The position numbers and the translations under genes were made by a program. A stretch of 64,000 nt of DNA. It comes from the human T2T-CHM13v2.0 reference genome, Homo sapiens. The notes beneath the pieces are model-generated. The model ran no database searches and was not told where the DNA came from. It saw only the letters and a program-made list of their open reading frames with translations. The stretch lies in NCBI RefSeq assembly GCF_009914755.1, contig NC_060934.1, one strand, 5' to 3'. Of this stretch, positions 33,051 to 49,114 are shown one piece after another (positions within the stretch are counted from its first letter, which is position 1; every line of letters starts with the position of its first letter).

Positions 33051-36000
33051 TAGAACATTCATGTTCTAAATGCCTATACCACTCCAAGAAAGCATCTTTA
33101 GGTATAAAATACTGATCTCTTGAGAGTGCCTGGCATTTGTCTCCCCATTACGCCAGAGTTACGACTTGGAGAGTTCTTAAAGAAGCATATAACTACTTGA
33201 CTCCCCACCCTTCCTCTCCCTAGTATACACAGCAGATTCTATAGCAGACACTGCCCTGCACAGATTAGTGGCTATAATATCTGATAGTGTTGCTTTTGCT
33301 CTAATGCCTCATAAAAAGTCTGTCAGCAGAATAGCTTTTTAAAAAACTCTGTAGCAAAACAAAGTGTAGATTTTTTTCCCCAAAATAATTGGCACTTTTT
33401 AGGTTAAGAATTTGGAGACATGGTTTGAAAGCAGGCCCCTATTTCCTCCTCTTTAATATGTGCATGTTTCTTACATAAATGAATTTTGATTTCATAACTT
33501 AGAGGAGTTGTAGATTCATGTTATTGCCCCTATTTAAATTCAGATAAATGCAGTTTTCATATTTAGACTAAAATTATCATTAGGAAATAGAATTTAGGGC
33601 TTTAAATTTTGTATGATGTGCTTTTACAGTAAGTGAGTTACAGAGAAAGTGAGTAAATGGGAAAATTACAGTGAGCTACCCGTTTTCTTTTCCATACTTG
33701 GCCCGCTGAAATGGAATACCGCTCCACTGAAATCCCTCCAAAGAGTTTTGTCTTGGATTTTTACAATTGCTTGATAATATTAAAATTTTATATTACTATT
33801 CTTTATATCATTAACAAACTTTGGTGTACATCCCACTTTGAAATAAAAGGATCAAATTAAGTCACAAAAGACAAAGTAAATAAGTCAAGGTAATACAGAG
33901 GTGACATATTATTCCAGTATGTCTTTAAAAACTGGAAAAGACTCGTCCCCTACAAATGTTTCAGGTGGCATTTTTCTCTGTTTAAGGATCACAAGTTTTA
34001 AATTTTATGTTAATGTACAAATTGTAGGGTGAATCAAAATCAGCCCACTTAACAAGATGTAGAAACACAAGAAAATGCAGATGAGGAAATAAAGAAGAAT
34101 CTATGTGGAAGAATTTTATTACTAATTTCAAAATACTTTGGTTCTACATCTAATCCAAAAAGCTCTCCCGAATTTGCAGCACTTGATTCTCTGACTCATG
34201 TTCTTAAGCAAGAGAGCTGTTTGGTGGTTCTTCCACGTTAGTAGGAACTACTCCTAAAATTTATTTGCTCCTGCCCTTCTTAAAATACTCAGAATGATAC
34301 ATGTTTTGCAGGAAAGTTAAGACTTTAAAAATGGACTCAGGAGTCTATAGAAAGCATTTAAAAGTAAATTTTAACTTGGAATGTTAAGCCTCATGTACTT
34401 TTTAAAAACTCACCATTGGGAGTCCACCTGGAGCTTTATCAATTGGGTACAGACTGGCATGTCAGTGTTGACTTAGGTCTGGGTAGGTTATGTTTGTAAC
34501 TTTTTGTTGTTGAGATAGTTAAAGAAAAAAAAATCATGATGAAGTCTCTCTGTTGAAATTAGAGAAATTTGTTTCTGGATACAGTTTTCATGCTTTTGGG
34601 TATGTAGGCAGTACAGTCTTTTTAAATTCCAACAGTAAAGAGAATGCCCATATAATGTTTAGAATGAAAAATGGGATCAAATGCTGAATGAAAATACTTT
34701 GAACATAAATTCCTTATGTATCTATGAAGCTATAACTGCTCTTGCTTTCTGATCAGGCATATTTTAGTGTGGGAAATTTATTAATATTTTCACCCCAAAT
34801 GTAAGTACTTTTACACTTTCAAGATACATATTAACAAATCTAGAATGGAGATTTGATTTTTAAATAAGTAGAGATTGAAGCCATTATTTTCTTAAATAGT
34901 AGACATAGTATTGAAAACAACTAATGAACATTAATCAAATATTTTTACAATTTTTAAGACAACTTATAATTTTATACTAACAAAAGGAGAAAGTTAATTT
35001 TAGAAAGATTGTGTCTGAGCCACGCACTTTTATAAGGTAAATTTGCAGTTCACCACAAGCTTAATCAGAGGAAAAAATAATGGGAACACTGATAAAGCCA
35101 GAGGATTTTAAAAATTGGATCTACAATATAAAACTATAAAATCCTATGTATTGTTATCTAGGCCCAAAGAAGAAGAAAAAAAGCTCATATAATTTACTGT
35201 ATTACCTTCCTGTGGTGAATTTAACAGTGGTTATGATCAGAAAGGATATGACTGTGAAGTGTTTTGTATGTTGGTGTATTTGGCCTTTGTGATCTATGTT
35301 TTGGTGGTTTGTTTAGAATCTTATTCGAAGTTTATCTTTTATTTTCACTCTAAGGGATTGAGAAGGTGATAGTTGGGGTGTTTCCTATATCAGGATGCTT
35401 ACAACTTAATGTAGATTAAATGGAAAGCTCACTCAGTGTTTCCAAAGTTCATGAACAGAAAATACTTACAAAGTACATGCAGTTTCCTTGTGCTACCTCT
35501 GCAGTGCAGAAGCGATGAGAGGGAGTGGGAAGGTAGGTAGTACTTACATTGGCTGGATGTCAGCCCCGTTAATCAAAGAACAAGTCATATTCATGCCTCG
35601 ACCTGAAGACAGACACATTTAAGTTATTTTCTGAAAAGAATGGAAAGATTTATTCCGCTGAAGAACGCATTCTGCCTCTGCCGTTCAGTCTTGTTCTTCC
35701 TTTAGAGACTAGTGTTATGTAGAAGGGGAAAGGAACAAGTAGATACCAAACCTGTGTTCCATAAAATTTTTCTCACTTCCCTTTCCTATTCCTAAGTCAT
35801 ATAGCAAGCCACCGAGGGGCTTAAAGTTACCAGAAAAAGTGCATTAATATTGAAGGATAAAATTTCTGACATGCATAGCACCCTTCTCTCTGTAGATAAA
35901 TACTATTTTAGCAGGTGTGTGTGTGTATGTGTGTACCTGTGGGCATAGTGGATTTAGAAATACTACATGTTTTTTTCTATCACGGTTTGTTTTGTAGACT

Positions 36001-37169
36001 ATATTTGAGAGATGCTTTCATAGTTACTAAGTCAGCCCAGTAGTAGACTGGCTGCTACAAAGCTGCTCATATCATGTGAACTCTTGATCTTAGTCAAAAT
36101 TTGTTATCTTCCTTTAGAGAAGAAAGAGTTGGCCTTGTAAAAATTAATAAATGTAGATACAGCCACAGTGGCATTCAGTGGCATTTTGTAAATGTGGATG
36201 AACAATTCTTGTGCGTTAGTAATTCTGCAGGACTAACTTACTGACTAAGGAGTGGCCTGTGACTGGAGTCTCATTTGCCAGGATGTTCTAAGAATCCACC
36301 TTGAGACGTTCTTAGTAGTTTGCATTATCTTGAGTTCCTACTTTTACCTGTAATAAGGCATATTTGTGATAGCTTACAGGAGGTTTTTAAACTTGAATTC
36401 TTATAAGTTAAAAAAACTACTCTCAGTTTTTTTACCTGAGAGTATCTTATCTACCAGTTGGCAGATAATCTGTGGGAGTTAGGATGTGGCTCTGTGGAAT
36501 CCTGTGTAGTTTAATGTGATTCGTTCCATAGGCAGAAGTGGGTAGGTCGAGTTTTCTACCATTAATACTAGCAATTAGTGTGATGTACTGTTCTTCAGGT
36601 CTAATAGGTAGGCCATTTCAGTGTGTCAGTACTGGGAGTGAAAAAACCGAACAGGAGTGTATTTTTAGAAAATAGTTTTAGAAAATGATTTTCACTGATG
36701 GGCTACTTGAGTCTTAGTGGTTTGAAGGGAGAAGTGGCAGGACAGGGTAACTCATCACCACTTCCGCTGGACCAGCTTCACTTTTAACTTCTCAATTATT
36801 GGGACTTCATATAAATTATGTGTAATTCCTTTATATTCCATTGTTGCAAGTGGGCCTAGACGATATTACAGAGTGTTTTGATTTCTGTAACAACATAGAA
36901 TCAAAATAAATTTTTAAAAAGCTCCTAGATCTCCTCTATAATCTCAGAACACAAAAGAATCAAAATAAATTTTAAGAGAATTTTATCTAAGAGAATTTAT
37001 TTTGATTATTTTGTTTTCTGCTATTACAGTTATAGAGGAGATTTAGGAGCTGTTTAATCCCTAAAACGATATAAGTAATTTATGTGTAGATTAGTATTTC
37101 TCCAAATAAGATCTAGAGGCCACCTGTACAGGAATCACCTGGTGAGCTTATTTAAAACACAGTCTCCTA

Positions 37170-37471
<302 letters not shown>

Positions 37472-37913
37472 CTACAGCCTCCAGGGTTCTACCCCAGACA
37501 GGCTCTGGGGGGTAAGGCTCAGGAATCTACATTTCCAGTAAGTGCTGTAGGTGGCTATGCTCACTAATATTTCAGTGAGCTATTGGTGACATTATTCTTG
37601 ATTGTTAGAAGTCAGCAATTGATATTTCAGTGTCATCTGGCAATAAAATGGTTCACACATCAGAAATAAAATTATTTATGTTGGTCAGAATATGCTGACA
37701 CACAGACTTGGGTATAACTGCTTCACATTTTAGATGGGTCCTCATATTCTTGAGTTTAGCTGCATGGAATAGTTTCTCTAGTAGGCAATGAAGCCAGTAA
37801 TGAGTGGCACCAGTTCAATTCAACTGATACGTATCGAACGTTTACTGTGTGCCAGATGCTATGCACCGCTGAAATTGACATTATGGACCCTGCTTTCACA
37901 AAACTTACTCCCT

Positions 37914-38217
37914 CTAGGGGTCAACCTGTGTATGTGTACTGCCCGTGAGCTAAGAATGACTTTTACGTTTTCAGATTGTTGAAGAAAAATGACAAATAAT
38001 ACTTTGTGACATGAAAATTATAAAAAATTCAAATTTTAGTATCCAAAAGTTTTATCGGAACACAGCCACACTCGTGATGTATGCATTATTCACGATTGCT
38101 TTGTCATTACAACAGCAGAATTAAGTAGTCGAGACAGAGACCAACCACATGGTCGCAAAGCCTAAAATATTTGCTCTCTGGCCCTTTACACAAAATGCTT
38201 CTTGACTTTTGGTCTAG
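37914..38217. mobile_element. MER58B-like DNA transposon
   Basis: gagctaagaatg..., ggaacacagccacactc, gcaaagcctaaaatatttgctctctggccctttaca. Confidence 0.8.
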
Positions 38218-40051
38218 TTTGTTGTGTAAAGAATATACTGAGTATTGGGAACGCCCAAGAAAGTTTGAAGCCCTTGTCTCATTTAATCACAGACATGGGG
38301 ACTTGGCTGAGGTGAACTCTAGCTGCATAGATAAATATGTCTGAAAAAAGAAGTCTAGATTTCCAATTTTGCACTTCATTCCTGCTTTTGGATAGTCAGT
38401 GAACCAAAATGACCAAGATCTCCACAAGTTCATTTTCTGCCAAAATAGGTTTCTATGACTGAAAAACTATATCGCTATAAAGAACTGAAAATTCTGTACT
38501 AATAAAGGTATTCAGTCCTGAATGCCCCTTTAAGTAATGATCCTTGGGCATCATTATCAATAATCAGCTATGGATAAACTTGGACAAGATCAGGAGTGGC
38601 CAATAGTGTCTTCCAGGCAGAAACACCGAAGGGCACCATGCTTTGTCTGTTGTTTCTACCTAGAGTCATCCGATTCAGTGTAGCCTGGCAGTTACTTACA
38701 ACTGGCTTAAGAATCCCTTGTTCAAGATGTTCAAATTTTCTGTTATTTTTTTCTTAAAGGAGGCAGCCCCAACATCTGCTTTAGTTCTTACGCAAACGTC
38801 TACAACCCTGCTTCAGACATGCGATTACCGTCACTTTTAAATACAACAACTTTGCCATCTCATAGAATGTTTCTTTCTTGATGATTTGTAAAAGTTGACC
38901 ACAATCACTCCCGTATGCCACCAGGTGATACGAACTCTGGATTCTGACCTGAACCCTGTTACAGGGAGGCCTTGGTTGAAGAATCCTCACGCCTGCAAAT
39001 AGAGAATAGGAATAATTCTTCAAAGCCTGAGAAAGAATTGGATCAGAAATAATCTGTACATATTATAAAGCATTGTTTTTATGTTTTTCTGACCTTGTTG
39101 TCAAGAGCTATCTGCTTAGTTTACTTCAGAAGCTACCTCTTTCTTAGTTGTAGCTTTTTCTCAAGTCATTGAAAATGTTTTGGTCTGGCTGACAGGTACC
39201 AGCTGAAGCACTTCAGCGTGAACGCCACAGAAAGTGGCTCCACGGCTTGTTACCTTAGAAATCCCCAGAAATCTCCTTGAACAGACCTGGGACAGAATGT
39301 GCAATGTCCTGTTGATTTCTTTTGTGAAATACCAAGTCTCTAAATTATAACTGGAAAGTCTTGGAAAGAAAACCCTCAAGTTTTTCAAATGTGAAAGCAT
39401 CTTACAGCAAATGTTTTGTTCCTACAAATCATTGGGAGGGATTTTGGTTCTGTCGAGAGTCCTCTTTTTTGTTTGTGTCAGTTCAGCGAGAAAGCTCCTC
39501 AGCCTGTGAATCTGGGAGCAGCTTCTGTCGGCCTCTGTGGCCTTCCCTTGGGTAGTGTGAGGCCCATCACAGAGCAGTGCTTGAGAAGGGCTTCATGGTG
39601 TCCGGAATAGATCCCTCATTTATCACCAAAAAGGTGGGTGGGGCAACAAGTAGATAAAAGGAACATGGAAGCTTTCAACAAAATAATCTCCTTTGACTGT
39701 GAAATTCCGTTTGGTCAGTCCTTCTATACAGCCCAAATCATTGACGTTTCTAACTGTAATAACTGAAGAAAAAACCAACCCAAATACTTAAAACATAACT
39801 CCCATAGCACTGTTAGCATATAAATGAGAGAAGTATTCCTCTTTGTGCAGTAAAGTCGATTGAGAGCATCCTAGAGCTGGTACGTTAGGGTTCAAAATAA
39901 AAACTCAGGTTAACCTCAAGATCCCTTTAAAAGAGCATTTGAAGATACACCACTTTACATCTTGTCAGAACACCAGCAAAGGTTAGAATCAGGGCTGCTG
40001 CACCAGCGTGCGCTTGTCCGTGTTTACATGACGAGGTCTCTTAGGAAGTTG

Positions 40052-40190
40052 GTGCAGTGCTCTTAACCACACCTATCAGAAACCCCTGGGGGCTTTTAGG
40101 ACTATGAATGCCTAGACCCCATCCCGCAGCCGATTGTATCAGAATTTCTGGGGGCGGCACCTGAGACATCGGTGGGCTTTTTCCTTTGAG
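40052..40190. mobile_element. MER5A-like fragment
   Basis: cagtgctcttaacc...atcagaatttctggggg. Confidence 0.6.
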
Positions 40191-41953
40191 GTAAAAATTC
40201 ACACATACACTGACATGCACATGTCTTAGCTGTGCCGTTTGAAGAACAGACAAGGGCGTGCACTGGTGCAGCCAAGTCCCATCAAGCTACGGGGAAGCTC
40301 GCTCTTGTCCCTGGGCCAGTAGATCCCCACTCCCACGCCCTCTCCCCAGACAGCCATTCCTCTGATTATTTTCCGTGAGGGATAAGTTTGGCCTGTTCTA
40401 GAACTTTTTAGAAGTAGATGTTGATGTTTCTTAAAGGGTTCCCAGGTGGTCCTAACGTAATAAACACTTAAGTAGGATATCTGAATCTGAATGGTGCTCT
40501 GTTAAAATGAGGTAGAAGACATTCCTTCGGTAGTTATGAAGGTAATATCTTCAAAGAATTCTGGAAGTTTCATCAGAGTTGAGAAGATGGGGTGGGCCCT
40601 ACCCAGATGACCTTGTTTCCTTTCATGCTTTACTCACTCATTTTTCCAGGCCCAGATGACCACTTTTGACTGCACTCAGAAGGAGACAGATGCTCTAGCA
40701 AACTAGTTCTCAGCAAATTTAAACAGACAAAATCAGACTTTCATCCTCTATTATACCATTTAGTTTTGTGAAATTAATTAAGGCACTCAGCATGAACTAT
40801 ATGCATTCTGACTTCCCCAAAATAGGGAAATGTTGCTTGCACATGGTGACACCAAATTAGCAGTTCATTTGAAAATATTTAAACAGATAGAACCAAGTTT
40901 ATGAGAGCGTGTAGTATCTACAATTTATGTGAATTCTCTATTTAAAAAGATAGAACCTGAATATAGACCTTTATTTAAACTGGGTAATTACATGAACAAG
41001 TGTTACCTAAACTTCCGTAGTACCGTTTCAAACTAAGAACAATCTAGTTAAGATGTTTTAGCAATAGTGATATTAATTCTGATATAAAATTCTGATTCTA
41101 GCAGTGCATAATCTTTGCCCATATAGAAACAGTGGATGGCTTTATTTTCTAAAGAGTTAGAAACAAGAGACGTGAAAGCGCAGAAAGGAAACAACAACAA
41201 CAGCAACTCCTGCACATAATGCAGCGCACGGCGCCTTGAGACAGAAGCAAGAGGCCTTGTGCTGGATGCAGCCAGGCTGGTCAGCAGGGCTCAGGCCTCC
41301 TCTCCCACTGTCACTACTCAAGGGACCACAGAGCCTAGAGCTAACATCCAGAGGGGAAGGGATTCCTGCCTTGTTGAAATGATGGAAGGCTGTGCATGAT
41401 AGTTAGTGAATATTAAAATTATATTTCAGCGCTACATAACAGTGTTGGTTGTATCTTTCCTTTGAATAATATGTTTCCTATTAAAGGAACTATAACCCCA
41501 CTGATAGTATTACAAGACTTCTAACCTGGTGTAGATTGCTATTATGTCTGAGTTTAGATAAATTCATATTTTAATGACATTGATATTTGAAATCAGTTTT
41601 AATAGTGCACCCAGAGTTTGAGTTGGCATGAGAGAAGGCCATGTAGCTAGAAGCATGTGTTTTTATTCTCCTTTTAAGAAGAATGTACATTTTATAAGCG
41701 CCAAGAACAACGTAGCAATCTCCAGCCTTCTTACGTTTTCTCTTCCCTGTATCTGACAGTTCATCAAACTGCTTACTTAGTACAGAAAGCAGTGCACCGA
41801 AGCATGTCCATACTAGTAAGTAGCTGATTGATTGTGCTTCAGATCCAGGGAGAGCGCCTTCTGCAGTCCTGTGAGACATGCAGAATGCAAAAATGGAGGA
41901 TCATTTTTTACTGTGGTCTAGTGTACAAGAGGTGCCCGCTAGTATTTCGCAAA

Positions 41954-41954
<1 letters not shown>

Positions 41955-41981
<27 letters not shown>
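41955..41981. repeat. (GT)n microsatellite
   Basis: Direct reading. Confidence 0.93.
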
Positions 41982-41984
<3 letters not shown>

Positions 41985-43808
41985 AGCACTGGGGATCTTG
42001 TTAAAAAGGAGAGTGGTTTTAAGTGTTCTCACTACAAAAACCAGTTAGCTCTATTTCGCCATTGCACGTATTTCAAAACATCACATTGTACACCATTAAG
42101 TATATATAATTTCATTTTGTCAATTAAAATTTTTACAAAGTTTTTTAAAGAGTGGCTAACCAATGCTGCTGACTAAACAAATTTAATAACTAGAGTTCAA
42201 TGTTTGTTTAAAGTTTTATCTCTCAACAGTGCCTATGGCCAAATACTGTGCTAATAAATTGCTTGAGTGAGTTCTTCATATCCTCCTTCATGTGGCTGTG
42301 TCACTCATTTTAAATTCAGTTAAGTTCTTCTGTTAGTTTTCAAACAGAGAATTCTCAAGTTATATCAATTTGTCTCCCCCCGCCCCCACCAGAAAAAAAG
42401 ATTATAAACCCAGGGCTCAGGAAATTTCATTGCACTTTATATTCCATATCTATGCCATGGACACTCTGTCTTGGCCATGCGTCAGTCACCTGAGGAATAA
42501 ACAAATGAACAAGCAAATACGAATCACAGGCCCTGCCACCAGAAGTCACAACCCAGATGCTCAGCGAGTGAAGCCCAGCCACGTTGTATAAAAGTTTAGT
42601 CCATATCTCTGATGCGAGGCCAGGGTTGAGAAGAACTGCTCTGTAATTGGCGTAAACGGAGCAGCTGTGGGCACAGGCCACAAAGCGGCATAAGGAGAGG
42701 GCACTGACTGCGTTGCCAGAGAACCTAGGTGAGAAGTGGGGTCAGGAAGGTGCAGTGCAGACATGAGGTAAATGAAATTCAGTTTAGTTTCTCACTAATA
42801 AAATGTGTTTCCACTTGTTATTTAGATATTTTATGTGTTTATAAACAGTGTACGTACGTATAATCAATTCACTTAAGCCCTAGCTAAAAGTTCTCAGTTA
42901 TGTGAGAAATATTTGTCCTTTCCTCTACTGTATTTAGTGTACTGAAGTGACTTCCTATGCTTACAGTTCTTTCAGGAAGAATTATACCATTGGGCAGAGA
43001 ATCATTATCTAGTGACCTGAAAAAGTTAAAGCATCTATTAAAATAGTGGCCACACCCACTCATTTCCTCTGCAGTATGAACTGATGATGTTCGCGTGCCT
43101 GGAGTTTTGCCTTTGCTTCCTTTAGGCTGTTGTAATATCAGGGACTTTGACTAAGGAAATAGGCACACTTGTCCTTGTTTCCTAGCTGTTTAGAAATAAC
43201 ATGCGTAGAATCCTATTTTTTCTTCATGTGAAGTTAGACTTTTTTGGTGCAATAAATTGAGGAACCTAATTAGCTTGCAGGCTAGACTAAGAGTTGGAGT
43301 TATTACTGAGTAGATCCATGGTGCTCAGAAATGGAGATGTTAGTATGCAGCTGCGCTGTGCAAAGTGAGTGACACAGATTTTTAAAATTACCTTTTAAAC
43401 GAAGAATAATGTTGTATTGAAATTCACCATTCATTATTGCTAATTTAAGATGTTCCCTCAAAGGACTTAGGCCATTGATATTGTTTGTAAAATAAGCGAT
43501 TATCCCTTATGTCTATTATTTGTTTATCTAAAAATTAAGTTTTAAAATACCAAGAAAAGAAAAAATATATAATCCTGTAAGGATATTATATCAGGTACAA
43601 CATAATATTTTAAAGTTCTCACCTTGTTACATTAGATGCTGTTTTTTTTATGCAAATGTCAAAGATTTCTGTCAGATATGTTGGAAAAAGAGCACTTTTA
43701 GTAAACTCTTTGCATACTATCTAAGTGTTTCATATATGTCTTTTACATGAATATAGACATAAGAATGATCAGATTTTGTACCTTTTTTTATTCTTTTTTT
43801 TTCAATAG

Positions 43809-43994
<186 letters not shown>

Positions 43995-44331
43995 TGAAGT
44001 GTGGAGAGCACCCCGTCATGTCATATTTCTTTTTTGCAGTAAACAGTTCTATAACAGGCAGTTAGATTTTCTTGTTTTGTCTGTTTTGGACATAGACATT
44101 TTGACATAAGCTACATGAGATTAGAAACATTTACATTTTTGAATTTCATTCATCAGAATGAACATTTTCATTGATGATGACTCTTTAAAATGAAAGGCAA
44201 TTTTTCAAAATAACTATTCTATCACAACTTTAAGGAATGTCATATTAAACTATATAGTAGTATATGTACATTTTTTCTGTTAAGTTTTAAAGTACTTCCT
44301 CTGAGATTTTGCTTTAAAGGTAGAAAATATT

Positions 44332-44468
44332 GGCCGGGCGCCGTGGCTCCCGCCTGTAATCCCAGCACTTTGGGAGGCCAAGGCAGGAGGATTGCTTGAG
44401 CCCAGGAGTTCAAGACCAGCCTGGGCAAGATGGCAAGACCCTGTCTCTACAAAAATAAAAAATAAAAA
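44332..44468 (+). mobile_element. Alu left monomer (FLAM) with TSD aaaggtagaaaatatt
   Basis: Monomer plus exact flanking direct repeat. Confidence 0.92.
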
Positions 44469-44555
44469 GGTAGAAAATATTTTGAGCTTTAGGAATTGAT
44501 GTCTTACCTGCCTTCCTTTAACCACATTTAAATTGATGTACTAACACCCTCTTAG

Positions 44556-44690
<135 letters not shown>

Positions 44691-45289
44691 TAACTAACAA
44701 GTTAAAGAATAATGTAGCAGTTAAGCAGATTTTGGTTGCTCTTCTTTCCTTGAAAGTGTACTTTTTTCCACTTCCTAAAACAAAAGACAGGCATAACTAC
44801 CAAATGAAGCATTATTAATTTGTAAATTTCATGTGCTTACTCTAATGCAAATTAGGTGTCATCTTTAAAAGGCCTGGTTTTAAAGATGAGCAGCTTGTAG
44901 CTTCTTGATCCTTGTTGATTTAAGAAAATGCCTTACAGCCTGGGCAATTTAGCATTTCAGATGTAAAGAATGTTTTCCAGGTTTAGCAGTGGTACCTGAG
45001 AGTTCCTCTCAGAAAAAAAAGTAAAGCATAGAACTGATCTGCCGTCTTGGGAAACAATAAAATGAACAAAAAAAATTATGATTAGAAAAGTTAATTATTC
45101 TTAAAGGTCTTAATTTTACCAACTATAGCTGAGGATTGTTAGTTTGTTCACGTCCAGTAACAAATTGCAACAACATCCAGTAGAACACGTAGACATATTT
45201 GCAGTCAGGGTTACTGAATTACTGATTTTGCACCTCATGTGTCATGTTGGAAATTTAAAATCTTAACGCTTGGTCATTATAGCCTATAG

Positions 45290-45626
<337 letters not shown>

Positions 45627-46174
45627 ACAAGTTTCTTTAGTACCCAAGAAAGACTGTGGCTGTATTATTTCAATATAAGATAAGGGTAAATGAAGGTTTT
45701 TCCCTTAAAGTAACTGGTAAATCCTGGAACAAAACCAAGTAGTTTTAATTTTACCTCCTACCCCCAGCCATAGCCCCTTCTAAACTGTAAGACCTCTACA
45801 GAATATGTAAGAACCCAGACGCCCCTTCTTCCCCACTGCCTTTACTCATGCAGGTTCCTTCCTGTTGAAATCCTCTAAGATTTGTCACAGAGAGGGACAC
45901 CTGAGATGTTATTTTAAAATTATTTATAAACCAATTCCTAGCCCCAATTCAGAACTATAAATATATCTTAGTAGTTATGGTAAACTGTCACAGAGGCTAA
46001 CAGTTCTGTTTTCAATCTCGATCCTCCTGTGTTGTAAAGAATGACAGGTGTGTGCTTAGGGTCTCACCGCCCACACTGGCCCAAGCATTCGTGCACTACC
46101 AAGCTTAGCAGCAGCTTTCTACATTATTGTCAAATGAGATGTTGAAGCCATTAAAGTTCACTCTGATAAATTAA

Positions 46175-46498
<324 letters not shown>

Positions 46499-47010
46499 TG
46501 AATATTTTTGTGTTTTTTTTTGTATGCATTTTTAAACACACCATTTACATTCCATGTTGAACACTATCTTTTATAAAACATTACTTTCAAAGAATTAATA
46601 CCTTAATGATCTACAAGTTTAGAGTATAAGGTTAGGAATATCTGGTGATATAGATTATAGAATGGACTGGCCAAAAACAAAATCATAGTATACTAAATGA
46701 TGAAAACACAATTACTCTTTACAGTTTTATATGTATTTGTTTTAGCTGAGAGGTTTTTAATAAGCACTATGATTAATTCTGATCATTTCCCCACTAGTAC
46801 CACATCATCCAAAGGTAAGGTCATTCTCTATACCCTGAGAATTAGTGGTTGTATTGGATGGAAAACAAAAGCTGCCTGTGTAATTTTATTTTGCTATCGT
46901 TATTTTAAATGGACATTTTGGTTTGAAATGGTAGATGTCTACTTTTGCAAACTGAAAGAAAAGGATAGTAACTTTGAGTCTTGTATTTGCAGACTATTGC
47001 TTATAGGTAA

Positions 47011-47103
<93 letters not shown>

Positions 47104-47198
47104 TAGTTATACTCTTTCTATAACTGAAATTAATTTATTTCAGGATTCCACTCTTATCTACATTTTAGTTGTGCCATTTCCTTTAAATGTCTTTTATT

Positions 47199-47563
<365 letters not shown>

Positions 47564-47839
47564 TTACCTTCCTGAGGAATATTCAGTCTGAAGTGCTAAC
47601 CAGTGAGGTCCGGGCAGGGCCCAGTCAGACCAGCCTCAGCTTCTGTTCCAACTGTGGCCTGAGACCAGCGACATGGTTCTAAGAGGACAGTGACAGGGTC
47701 TTCCAGTACCATTTATTGAAAACTTTAAAATTTAGGCTTAAAAGATTAAGAAACAAAATTCAACACTATTTATATACGTGAATGTTAATTTACATGGATA
47801 CATTTTATATAGTTTAATGTGTATGTATATTTTATGTAG

Positions 47840-47971
<132 letters not shown>

Positions 47972-48155
47972 TAACATACAGCTCTAAGGAAGTTTATTTC
48001 CAGTTTGGTTAAAGATTATAATTTTCTTCCTAAATTTTTAAAATATCATAGTATATATGGGTTTAATGAGTATAAACAACTGAAAAAAAGTAACAGGGCT
48101 TGTTATCCATTTCTGATTTTAAAATGAGATACTGAATAAAAATAAATATTGGGTC

Positions 48156-48470
<315 letters not shown>

Positions 48471-48559
48471 TGAATTTTTGTTTCTCCTTTCATCCTTTCA
48501 CAAGAGACCTAAGGCTTTGCCTTTGTCTGTAGCTGTATAATTTCCCCAAAATAATACAG

Positions 48560-48720
48560 CTTCAAACCGTGCACTGACAAAGGGAATTCTGAGCATTCTT
48601 GGCCGGCAGCCTTGGCTGCCTGAGAGAAGCCAGCCCTGTGAAGACAGTACTGTGCCAGCCTAAAATTTCCCCATTTCTAACAAATTCCCAGGGGTGCTGG
48701 AGCTGCTGGCTCCCCAGCTG
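48560..48720. mobile_element. MER5A-like fragment
   Basis: atttctaacaaattcccaggggtgctg. Confidence 0.55.
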
Positions 48721-48970
48721 CACTTGGCCAAGCGGGTGCTCTTGTTTGCCACCGTCATACATGTGGATGGCCTTGCTCCAGTCCCGACCTCTTCTGAGGA
48801 ATAAGGTTCATGTTGGCACTCTGATGCAAATATAAAATCAGTCAGTCCCAGAAAAAAAATCTCGTATGTGTTTAGGAGTTATGAAAGAAATATTTTAGAA
48901 ATAATGGATTATATGTGACTAGTTTAATATTAATGGTACACTTGCATTTAATACTTTAAAAGTAATATAA

Positions 48971-49114
<144 letters not shown>

